DNA of 64,000 nucleotides from Acidobacteriota bacterium. GTDB taxonomy: Bacteria; Acidobacteriota; UBA6911; RPQK01; JAJDTT01. Below are positions 49,450-58,219 of the stretch, in pieces. The stretch covers positions 2,016,001 to 2,080,000 of the forward strand of contig OZ253580.1 of assembly GCA_965263035.1 (NCBI GenBank). The letters are read 5' to 3'. The notes below the pieces were generated by a model, which saw only the letters and a program-made list of their open reading frames with translations, was not told where the DNA came from and ran no database searches. A program made the translations under genes and the position numbers. Every line of letters starts with the position of its first letter. Position 1 is the first letter of the stretch.

Positions 49450-51120
49450 TCAGCCGGAGACGATCTTGAAATCCGCCGGTTCGATCAACGACTGACCCGA
49501 GATCTCATCCACCACCCGAAGCACGATCCGGTAGGAGCCGGGAGGGAGTTCCTTGAGCTCCACGTCCTGAAGCAGCACGACGCGGTCCGCCAACTCGATC
49601 ATCCTGGGCTCATCCGCCCGAATCCGCTCCTTGCCTCGGAAGAGGAGAAGCTGTGCCCGGACCAGGGGCGCCATGAGTGATTGATCGACCTTCAGTTCAT
49701 AGATCTCGGTGTACAGATGCAGGGTGGCCCCGGCGCGGAACCGCCGGTTGATGTTGGGGTAGACCTTGAGGCCACTCGGTGTGTTAAAGGGAGACGAGAG
49801 TGCGTCGTCTCGGCCGGAGGAGGCCAGACCATCGGCCAGGATGAGGCTGCTGGAGGCCAGATTCCCCATCTCCGGCTCGACCACGTGGATCGAGGTGGCC
49901 GCCTTCGAGACCCGCCCGCTCCGCTGGTCCTTGGCCACCAGGGTGAACTTGTAGCGGCCCGGCCGGATTGGAATTTGTTTCTGGTAGAGGAAATGGGTGT
50001 CCGTGGTGAGGATCTCCTCCGCGCCCTTTTCCCCTGCCAGCACGTCCTCGAATTCGTACACCGCCTCTCCCACCAGATTCTCGACCTTTCCGTAGATCTC
50101 CACCATTGCCCGCTGGCCCGACTCGCCGAAATCCTCGTAGGAGAGTTCAGTGGCCGGAATCTGGACGGTCAGGGGCACCAGGAAGGCGTTTTCGCCGACC
50201 CGGTAGGCGGCGGAGGTCACCTTCAGCGGCATGGGGTTGTAGTGAACCAGGGTCTCGACCTCGGTCTCCACTCTCTCGAACCTGAACTCGGGGGGCTTGC
50301 GAAGATCGAAGTATTGCCGCACGCGGTCGAAGGGCTGAGCACCTCTCATGTACAGCGGCTCGCCCTGTAATCCCAGATGGCGCATGGCGAGATCGGAGAG
50401 CATGGTCCCCCCCCGGGTGGCCAGACCCATCTGCTCCCAGTTGGTCGGCCCGCCGGTGCTGACCCAGAGGGCGTCCTTCTCGGAAGGTCTCAGGGCCAGT
50501 TTGTATTCTCCAGTCTTGCTGGCGTCAACGAACTCGATCTCGATCCCCGAGCCGATGCCCGGAATGTAGTTGTAGAACCAGCGCTGGAAGGCGTAGGTGC
50601 TGGTCCAGCCGCCACCCTCCTCGGGCCGGCGCCGGTACACGCCGCCATTGTGATCGTCGATGGTGTTGGGAGGACCGAAAGCGATGTAGATGCGCCCGCG
50701 GTCCGTATACCACCCCTCGACACCGGAAGCGAAGCGCTCGTTCACGTAGGCGATCCGCCGGTAGTGTTCTTCCTTGAATTCGTTGTAGGCCGTCCTGGGA
50801 TCCGGGTCGCGCCGGCGCCAGAACTGCTCGATGAAGGCATCGCGCTCGTCGTCCGTGGTGAGCTTCTCGAAGACCTCCCGTTCTTCACGGGCGATGATGT
50901 AGACGACGTCCTCGGCCAACCATTTCTTGTAGTAGTCCTGTTGTTCCTCGAGCCTCATCTGTCGCTGTCGGTCGTCATCGTCTTGTGAGGTGACCACCGA
51001 GCAGAAGAGGCTACCCAGTAACAGGGCCCGGATCAGCCCTGTGGACCACTGGATCAGGATGGGAAACACTGTCGTCGAGTATAGCACAGGGGCTCTCGGG
51101 CGCGGCTGTTCCGCTCCCAT
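49450..51120 (-). CDS. GWxTD domain protein (start uncertain)
   Basis: KWLAEDVVYII, FIEQFWRRRDPDP, EGWYTDRGRIYIAFGPP. Confidence 0.9.
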   Translation of the reverse strand: MGAEQPRPRAPVLYSTTVFPILIQWSTGLIRALLLGSLFCSVVTSQDDDDRQRQMRLEEQQDYYKKWLAEDVVYIIAREEREVFEKLTTDDERDAFIEQFWRRRDPDPRTAYNEFKEEHYRRIAYVNERFASGVEGWYTDRGRIYIAFGPPNTIDDHNGGVYRRRPEEGGGWTSTYAFQRWFYNYIPGIGSGIEIEFVDASKTGEYKLALRPSEKDALWVSTGGPTNWEQMGLATRGGTMLSDLAMRHLGLQGEPLYMRGAQPFDRVRQYFDLRKPPEFRFERVETEVETLVHYNPMPLKVTSAAYRVGENAFLVPLTVQIPATELSYEDFGESGQRAMVEIYGKVENLVGEAVYEFEDVLAGEKGAEEILTTDTHFLYQKQIPIRPGRYKFTLVAKDQRSGRVSKAATSIHVVEPEMGNLASSSLILADGLASSGRDDALSSPFNTPSGLKVYPNINRRFRAGATLHLYTEIYELKVDQSLMAPLVRAQLLLFRGKERIRADEPRMIELADRVVLLQDVELKELPPGSYRIVLRVVDEISGQSLIEPADFKIVSG

Positions 51121-51156
51121 CGCACTCGCTTACTCCGAAAGTAAGGGGACTCTTCG

Positions 51157-51579
51157 TCAGTGTACCCGGCGACCGGCGAAGGGATTGACGATCTGGACGC
51201 CCGCCTTCGCAAAGTCTCTGCCGTTTCGGGTGGCGACAATCAGGCCATGGACCAAGGCCGTGGCGGCGATGAGACTGTCTTTGATGGGCATGGTCCGACC
51301 GGATGCGCGAAGCTCTGCCAGCAGCCGAGCGCAACGTAGTCCGCTCTCCGCTTCCCACGGGAGGCATTCAATGCGCTGAACGCCCGCTCGGAACCATCGT
51401 TCGAGCCTCCGGCGGCTCCTCCCTTGCGGAAGCAGGAGAATACCGAATCTGACCTCACCAAGGACTATGGGATCGACCACGATGTCCCGTTCGTTTCGCT
51501 TGAGCCATTCGACGACACCGGTGTGGGGGCTTCGCTTTGTCGGTTCACTCAGGACATTGGCGTCGACGAGATACTTCAC
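51157..51579 (-). CDS. vapC: VapC PIN-domain toxin
   Basis: YLVDANVLSE, DSLIAATA, ATRN..DF. Confidence 0.9.
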   Translation of the reverse strand: MKYLVDANVLSEPTKRSPHTGVVEWLKRNERDIVVDPIVLGEVRFGILLLPQGRSRRRLERWFRAGVQRIECLPWEAESGLRCARLLAELRASGRTMPIKDSLIAATALVHGLIVATRNGRDFAKAGVQIVNPFAGRRVH

Positions 51580-51806
51580 AGAGTGTCAGTCGATTCGGAT
51601 TCGATGGGAGTGAAGAACCCTTTCTCGGGACAACTGAGCAACCAATCGACCAGACCCTCGTTCGGCGGTTTCGTCCGCCGAACGAATCGATACTCCCCTC
51701 GGTCCAAACGCTCGACGTCGAACTCCTGACCAGCCTCGATCTGGTCCTGTTTCCGGAACTCGGCCGGCAACACAATCTGACCCTTGGAAGATATTGTGGT
51801 CTTCAT
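51576..51806 (-). CDS. vapB: AbrB/MazE/SpoVT-type antitoxin
   Basis: TISSKGQIVLPAEFR; 4-bp overlap with vapC. Confidence 0.85.
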   Translation of the reverse strand: MKTTISSKGQIVLPAEFRKQDQIEAGQEFDVERLDRGEYRFVRRTKPPNEGLVDWLLSCPEKGFFTPIESESTDTL

Positions 51807-51811
51807 GACAG

Positions 51812-51843
51812 GTAAGATATCGACTTACTTTGTAAGCCGTCAA
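51812..51843 (-). promoter_or_regulatory. vapBC promoter/operator (probably leaderless)
   Basis: TTGACG-N18-TATCTT, 7 nt before the ATG; CTTAC/GTAAG palindromes overlap it. Confidence 0.65.
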
Positions 51844-51909
51844 GCCCGGGAGTCGTTCGCTCCCTTAACAAGATCGGGGCTGACCCACACCTCCGCCAAC
51901 GGCTGCTAG

Positions 51910-52004
51910 GAGTCTGCGCGGTAGAAATGATCGTAGCGAGAAAGTGGGAAATCTGGGCCGATTCTACCGCTTTCGCAGTAGATCAATTTCTGCGGCGCAG
52001 GCTC
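51910..52004. mobile_element. MITE copy 3 (95 bp, internal deletion), flanked by CTAG on both sides
   Basis: Same TIRs; the right CTAG contains the stop of the VOC gene. Confidence 0.88.
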
Positions 52005-52472
52005 CTAGTGCCAGTACTGCAGCTCGACGATGTTGTCCTCGGGGTCGGTCATGTAGATCAGGGTGAGACGGCCCTCTTCCGGGATGTCCAGGGTCGTGAT
52101 GCTCCCCAGATCCGCACCTCCCCACTCCAGGACCTGAAGCCGCTTCTCTTCCAGGTCGTCCACCTGGAACGCGATGTGGGCGAAGCCGGGCCGGTTGAGA
52201 GCCGGGACCGGCCGTCGGGCGTTCTCGTCGAATTGAAAGATTTCCAGGGTGGGGCCGCCCGCGCCAAATCCGGGTAGCTTCAGATGAACGCCCTCCATGT
52301 GGACTCCCTTGAGTCCGGTGAGGGCATCGATGTGTGCGCCCCGCCGATCCCGTTCGATCCCGACCGGACGGCAGTCGAAAACTTCCACGTAGAATTTCAC
52401 CATCGCTCTCCAGTCGGCGGCGACCAGATTGGTGTGAGCGTACCGGATGCCCCGGCGTCGTCTTTCAGGCAT
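52005..52472 (-). CDS. VOC/glyoxalase family protein
   Basis: YAHTNL, FYVEVF, LEIFQF, HIAFQVDD, TDPEDNIVEL. Confidence 0.85.
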   Translation of the reverse strand: MPERRRRGIRYAHTNLVAADWRAMVKFYVEVFDCRPVGIERDRRGAHIDALTGLKGVHMEGVHLKLPGFGAGGPTLEIFQFDENARRPVPALNRPGFAHIAFQVDDLEEKRLQVLEWGGADLGSITTLDIPEEGRLTLIYMTDPEDNIVELQYWH

Positions 52473-52757
52473 GTTCTCACGTCTCCTGCGAACAGAGAGT
52501 ATCAGGCGAGGCTGGACTCGACTTCCCTCGTCACCCCTCAAGTCCGCCACCGATGTCCGGTTCGCGAGTGGATGAGACAATCGTGCGATCGACCTCTACA
52601 CCGTCTGCGTGATCCCAAGCTTGGGTCAGGGTATTATTCCAGCGTCCGGCACAGACGGCCCATCCCGCCAGGATAGACTCCAAGACTCTGTCAAACAGAT
52701 GAGAACGCAATCGAGACGATCGTCTTCCACGCCGCGGACGGACGGGGGAACTGTCCC

Positions 52758-54380
52758 GTGAGACTCCACCTTGCCGATCACCTGATCCTGGTCGCCTACC
52801 TCATCGGCATGATGTTGCTGGGCTGGCGGCTGTCCAAGCGGCAGCATACCGACGAGGAGTATTTCCTGGGCGGGCGCCGAATGCCTTGGTTTGCCGTCGG
52901 GGTGAGCCTGATCGCCACTCTGCTCTCCAGCGTCGCCTATCTGGGGACCCCGGGGATCGTCTGGCGCTTCGGCTTCGCTGTCTTCCTGAACACGCTGGTG
53001 GGGATTGCCATCACCGTCGGTTTGATCCTGTTCGTCACCATTCCCTTCTTCGTCCGTTTCCGCTTCACCACAGCCTATGAGTATCTGGAACACCGGTTCA
53101 GCCTCTCGGTGAGGCTCCTCGGCGCCTCCATGTTCCTCCTGTTCATGACCATCTACATGGGTGTGATCGTGCTCCTCTCCGCCCGGGCGCTGGCCGTCGC
53201 CACCGGACTGCCCCTGCTTCTCGTCATCGTCAGCGTCGGGACCGTCGCCACCCTCTACACCATGATGGGCGGGATTCGGGCCGTGATCTGGACCGACGTG
53301 ATCCAGGTGGCCCTGCTGGTGGGGGGAGGCCTTTTCGCCATCGCCTATGTCGCCTGGTCCACGGGTTCTGGACCCCTGGACTGGATTCAGGCCGTGAACG
53401 CCCGGGACAACGAGAGCATGCCGCTGGCTTCGTTGGACCCCACCATTCCCGCCACCGTCGTCACCCTCATCCTGGGAGCCTGCCTCTGGACCCTGATGGC
53501 CCATACCGCCAACCAGACCATCATGCAGCGTTACTTCTCGACGGGGGACATGAGGGCGGCCAAGCGAAGCTACCTCACCAGCGCCGCCGTCGACGTCCTG
53601 CTGCTGGTGGTGCTCACGATCATCGGCGCCAGCCTGATCTATTACTTCACCGAAGGTCCCGGAACGCTTCCTCCAGACCTGGACCCGGCCAACGGCCGGG
53701 GTCGGGACGGCATCTTTCCCTTCTTCGTCGCGACCCGGATTCCCGCCGGACTCGCTGGCGCCATCTTTGCGGCTCTTTTGGCGGCCTCCATGTCCACCAT
53801 CGATTCGGGCGTCAACTCCTTCGCCACCGTGGCCACCGTCGATTTCGGGCGGCTGCGCAGGAGACAGACGGCAAACCACGTGGGCCAAGCCCGCGTCATC
53901 ACTCTGGTGGTCGGGCTGGCCGTGACCCTTTTCGCCGTCTTTTTCGACCGGCTGACCGGCACCGCCGACATCCCGACGATCCTCCCCAAGACCTTCAACT
54001 CGCTGGCGGGCGGGATGGGAGGATTGTTCCTGGCGGGTATGCTGATCCCCCGGGCCGGCAGCCGGGCGGTCTGGCCCGCGGCCCTGGTGGGTGTCGGCAC
54101 CGCGCTCGGCGTCGCTTACTCGGGAGAACTGCTTCGGTATCTGGGACCTTCGGCCATCGATCTGGTGGGCGGCTGGCTAAGTCCGGAGTTCGCGCGCCGG
54201 CTGGCGGACCAAGGGATGGGCTTCACCTGGATCATCCCCTCCTCCACCGCGGCCAGCCTGGGAACGGCCTGGTTGCTGAGCTTCGTCGTTCCCAACCGGG
54301 ACCCGGATCGAATCCGTGGACTCACCTGGTCCACGCGCCGGGAACCCTCGTCCCTTACGGCCCCAGGGACTTCGGGCTGA
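52758..54380 (+). CDS. Sodium:solute symporter (SSS family)
   Basis: YFLGGRRMPW, TAYEYLEHRF, GGIRAVIWTDVIQ, MQRY, AASMSTIDSGVNS. Confidence 0.92.
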   Translation: MRLHLADHLILVAYLIGMMLLGWRLSKRQHTDEEYFLGGRRMPWFAVGVSLIATLLSSVAYLGTPGIVWRFGFAVFLNTLVGIAITVGLILFVTIPFFVRFRFTTAYEYLEHRFSLSVRLLGASMFLLFMTIYMGVIVLLSARALAVATGLPLLLVIVSVGTVATLYTMMGGIRAVIWTDVIQVALLVGGGLFAIAYVAWSTGSGPLDWIQAVNARDNESMPLASLDPTIPATVVTLILGACLWTLMAHTANQTIMQRYFSTGDMRAAKRSYLTSAAVDVLLLVVLTIIGASLIYYFTEGPGTLPPDLDPANGRGRDGIFPFFVATRIPAGLAGAIFAALLAASMSTIDSGVNSFATVATVDFGRLRRRQTANHVGQARVITLVVGLAVTLFAVFFDRLTGTADIPTILPKTFNSLAGGMGGLFLAGMLIPRAGSRAVWPAALVGVGTALGVAYSGELLRYLGPSAIDLVGGWLSPEFARRLADQGMGFTWIIPSSTAASLGTAWLLSFVVPNRDPDRIRGLTWSTRREPSSLTAPGTSG

Positions 54381-54414
54381 GACGGGCCTGGATCTACGTC
54401 CTGAGTACGTCGGA

Positions 54415-54520
54415 CACCCGTTCCGCCACCAAATATTTTTAAATCTCCATAAATAAAGAATAATTTAGGATTTAGGGAAAATAGATATCACTTTAAGGAT
54501 CAGAAGTGATACTGAGCGGT
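54415..54520 (+). other. Putative att junction: tRNA-like 3' fragment followed by an AT-rich arm
   Basis: CACCCGTTCCGCCA, then an abrupt AT-rich tract with an inverted repeat TATCACTT/AAGTGATA. Confidence 0.4.
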
Positions 54521-54523
54521 CGG

Positions 54524-55400
54524 CTATTTCCTTGCCAGAAGCCCCGACATGGCCAGCACCTCAGTGACGGCCACACCCCCGGTGACTAGCTTTTGGAACG
54601 CTTACGCCCTTCCCGCCAAATTCAGCGGACAGCTGTCGAATTTCAGGCTCACGTCCCCTTCCAGCTTCAGCACCAGTTCATGCTCCAAGAGCCGAGCCAG
54701 CGGTAATATGGTGTTCAGGCGCCACCGCCTTTTCGCCTCCCGTTGAGCCGTCCCGTCTGCGTCGAGAAACAAACTCGGAGGAGTTCTGCACGCTGCCAGC
54801 ACCGACCGGCTCACGTCCTCATGGAGCGTACACAGTGCCTCCGGTGAACCCGGCCCGAGCTTGGACAGAATCAATCCTTCTGCAAAGATCCACGGCGTCC
54901 CTCTCCCCAGCGGGTAGCCGTCGTCTAGACCAAGGCCAGTCCTCCGCCCAGGGACTTGAAATCCGCCTACATGTCTGCAAGAGGGTCCGGTTCTTGGTCC
55001 TGGTCGGCATCCTCGCCCTGGGGAACCGGGAGCAAGAATCCGGTAAGAGTTGAAGACTCAGAAGCTAGCGAACTCTCCAAGGCCGCAACGAATGTGCCAG
55101 TCTGGTCTGCTACCTCAAGCGGCCCCTGTCCCTTCCATGGATTCGCAGGATCGACGGCCTACTGGCTCAGAGCCACGGAATCCCAGGGAACCATCCGGGG
55201 AGAGTCCGTGTCCGGTCCGCACAGATCCGCCGCGAAGCGCCAGGACGCGGGAGACGGCCCGCACTTCACGTCTCAACTTCCAACCGGCGTCAGGATCCGT
55301 CGCCCGTGTTCGCAGCTGATCAGAAACAAGACTTCTCCGGTGCGGACCAATTTACATTCTATCGGATTCAGGACCGATGGAATCGGCACCTGCGCTGGTT
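54524..55400 (-). pseudogene. Degenerate phage portal-like gene
   Basis: One frame with several stops: VRTGEVLFLI...PWKGQGPL...LLPVP...LGPGSPEAL...VLAAC..PPSLF..DGTAQREAKRRW...NLAGRA*AFQKLV...SGLL. Confidence 0.5.
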
Positions 55401-55803
55401 TCCTGACCCGCTGTGCCCCTCAGCCGGCTATCCAGATGAATGTCGGGGGCGTGCTTGAACCGAGTCAATCGCAGAAGCTGAACTCTGGTGTGCATCGCAT
55501 TGCGCGGCGGTTCCAGGTCCATCCTGGCCTCCTCTGTGTTGGGAAGAAAGCTCATCCTAACCTCGCCCTGAATGGAGCGGACAGATCACATGATAACGAA
55601 ACTCTGAGCGGTTGGGACTTGTCCCGGGGAGGCCAATCGGCTACTATCGGGTGTTCCTAGGCGAGCCCGCCGAGTGCTTGAACACCCGGCAGGCTCTATG
55701 CTCACTCGTCCTGCGTCTGAGGAAGAGCCAGCCTAATCGGTATTCTACCCGATTTTCACCGCTGCCTGAGTCCGGCGCAGGACACCCTCTTGGAGGACCT
55801 GCC

Positions 55804-56205
55804 ATGTCGCAGTCAAATCTCACCAAAACCTCCGCTGTCTTGTTGGGTGCCCTTTTCTTGCTGGCTCACCTGTACCTACCGGGAGCTCCGCTACTCACCA
55901 AAACCCAGAAGTCCATGGCGATTTCGGCTATCGAGCAAAACCCCGAAGTTCTGGACGCTGCCATCACGCAGAAGAACGATGTTCTGAGTCTGGCTATAGT
56001 GGCCTCCTACAGGACCTCAGAATCCAGAGCCAAGAATCTTGCTGAGAGCTTTTTGCGGATGGTCAAGACACTCGGTCCAGACACCAATCCTGGAAAGGAC
56101 GTTGGCCGGGGTGTGTACGACTACCACCTTGGGGTGTACTTCTCCAACGAGAAGAACCTTGTTCGAGGATTCAAGGCAAGCTCCAACCACTGGATCACTT
56201 GGTGA
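55804..56205 (+). CDS. Hypothetical exported protein
   Basis: GGAGG RBS, N-terminal hydrophobic segment, lower GC than the host genes. Confidence 0.6.
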   Translation: MSQSNLTKTSAVLLGALFLLAHLYLPGAPLLTKTQKSMAISAIEQNPEVLDAAITQKNDVLSLAIVASYRTSESRAKNLAESFLRMVKTLGPDTNPGKDVGRGVYDYHLGVYFSNEKNLVRGFKASSNHWITW

Positions 56206-56561
56206 ATCCCGACAAAGAGGCAGGAGTCAGTACTGCGAGCGACGGTCTGCTGAAGCCTTGCAGGGAGTGTAAGAACCCGGTCTCGATTACAGCGGGGTTC
56301 TGTCCCAAGTGCGGAGCGAAGAAACCGGCACTGTCAGCGGCTGGACCCCTGCTAGAGAGCATCGGTCAAGGCTTGATGGGCGTAGGCTGCCTGTTGACCA
56401 TCCTGATCACAATCCCCGTCCTCGTTTTCCTGCTCGTCCTGGGAGCCTGCCAACATTGCTCCTGCCGTTCCGGCAATCTGAGAGCGGACGGGCAGAAAGA
56501 CCGTCTGTCATTAGCACGTCAAGTTGACCAGTTTTTTACACGTGATCTGTCCCGCCGTTGA
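56202..56561 (+). CDS. Zinc-ribbon membrane protein
   Basis: CRECK...CPKCG followed by a TM helix; GTGA overlap with the upstream gene. Confidence 0.55.
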   Translation: MNPDKEAGVSTASDGLLKPCRECKNPVSITAGFCPKCGAKKPALSAAGPLLESIGQGLMGVGCLLTILITIPVLVFLLVLGACQHCSCRSGNLRADGQKDRLSLARQVDQFFTRDLSRR

Positions 56562-56903
56562 AAAATCGACCTCCCGTCATGTCGCTTGGTGACCGTCGGT
56601 CGCCCTCCCGGTTAGTCCTGGCCGGAATCTTGATTTCGGCCATTTCAGCTCTTCACATCCTGGGCGATGTCGGCTCACCCAAAGGACGTCGCTAATCCAA
56701 GGAGCCGCAGGGTTGACTTGGTCCACCCTGGACGTACGCTGCTGCTTCGCCCACCTCCCGCCTCGACCGACGTGGATGCCGATCCATCAGATTTTCCTGT
56801 AGCTGAGGGGAACACTTAGAGGGCGGTCGCGTGGGGCATCGTCTTCTTGTCCTCGGCGGCATGTAAACCTTGCCCACTTGGGCCAAGAACAGGAGAGGGT
56901 TTT

Positions 56904-57713
56904 ATGCCCGGACAGATTCGGGGCGTCGTCGTTTTGCTCTGCTTGAGCGCTCCCACGGAGGCCAGGGAAGGGTGTGAGATCCCCGGTTATCCCAGTCCCC
57001 CCGGTGGCGTGATGAACTTGGGGCTTTCCTGGTGTCCCGCCAACATCGGCCTGCCGGTACGCTCGTTGGCCCTCCACACCGCTGGCGCGCACTGGCCACG
57101 GGCAGATCTTCCACTCCGGAGCAGATCCAGCCGAGGCGTCAGGACATCCAAGCTGCCTGCGACGGACTCGCCGCCTTGGATATCTCCATATGCCAATGTC
57201 CACCAGGACTCCTATCCGTCCCCCTGCCCCCCGCTCCCACCGGAGATCCAGCTGGATCGCTATCTGTTAGGCGCGGAAAAGCTGATGGCCCAAAAAGACC
57301 ATCAGGCCGCTCTGGACATAGTGGGCAAAATTCTGGCTCTGCAAAAAGACCACCAGCTGTCCTTACCCGAGGAGTTCCACTTCACACACGCGGAACTGGC
57401 GTTCGCTGCCGGGTCGTTCCAGGCGGCACTGGAGGCAGTGAACAAGTATCTGATGAGAGCCGGGAGGGGCGGAGAGTTTTACCGAGAGGCGCTGGATTTG
57501 TTGGATGACGTGGAGACGGCCCTACCCGAGCGGAACCGCTGCACCGGCCAGCCTAAGGGATCGGAATGCTGGATGGCGTTAACCGACAGGCCGGGATGCT
57601 ACGTCTGGGATCCTAACTTCCAGCCGGACGCGACTGTGACCTGGACCACCGAGTGTCCCGAGGGCCTGGGTGGCGGCAGATTCGGGGTCGGTCGGGTTGG
57701 CGGATTATCATAG
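56904..57713 (+). pseudogene. Frameshifted and truncated secreted protein (Cys-rich, helical and MORN-like start)
   Basis: CEIPGYP...WCP continues in a second frame (STPEQIQ..CQCPPG); LPPEIQLDRYLL...FYREAL; VTWTTECPEGL, then coding sense is lost at about 57670. Confidence 0.5.
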
Positions 57714-57738
57714 AGCGATAAAGTACATTATCGGACGG
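57711..57738. other. Xer/dif-like tyrosine recombinase core site
   Basis: TAGAGCGATAA-AGTACA-TTATCGGACGG (11-6-11, with CGATAA/TTATCG inverted). Confidence 0.5.
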
Positions 57739-57743
57739 GCTCT

Positions 57744-57860
57744 TTCCGGGGATGGGGGGAGCTTCCGGAGACGGGGGAAGCTTCGGGAAGAACGGGGATC
57801 GTTCGGAAGAGCGGGGGGCGTTCGGAATGAGGAGGACGCTTTCCGAAGAGCGGGGGGGCG
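57744..57860 (+). repeat. Six degenerate 19-20-bp tandem repeats
   Basis: TTC(C/G)G-led purine-rich units starting at 57744, 57763, 57782, 57802, 57821 and 57841. Confidence 0.65.
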
Positions 57861-58085
57861 GCTCAAGGCGGGGACCCGACCCTCACCGGGCCCGGAAGGG
57901 GCGGCGCCGCAGCACCCGCGTGGAACGGACCGCGGAGGCTCGACCTCAGCCGCCGGGCCGGGCAGCGGAGGGGACCGAATCGGACGCTCGCCCGCTGGCG
58001 GGGGGGTGCGCGCACCGCGAGGCGGCGCTCCCAGGAACTCCGAGCCCCCGCGCCGGCGCCGGGGGTCTCTAAGGCCGTCGATAAC

Positions 58086-58139
58086 TGCAACACACTCGCC
58101 CGGGGGTGTGTTGCACTCGCTGGGGTCGCTCACTATCTT
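58086..58139 (+). promoter_or_regulatory. Promoter with an overlapping operator-like inverted repeat and no downstream ORF
   Basis: TGCAACACAC...GTGTGTTGCA overlapping TTGCAC-N17-TATCTT. Confidence 0.55.
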
Positions 58140-58219
58140 TCATTTATCCCTGCGGGCAGGTCCGGACGGGTAGGAATTCGAGGGTCCGGACCGGGAGGAT
58201 CGGAGCCGGAGCCCCCCCC

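Noticed and set aside
54382-54431. Intact tRNA, tmRNA or SRP RNA
   Set aside because: Only about 50 nt after the symporter stop and no T-loop or anticodon arm; kept only as a possible att fragment
57744-57860. Possible CRISPR array
   Set aside because: Repeats are contiguous and degenerate, with no spacers and no cas genes
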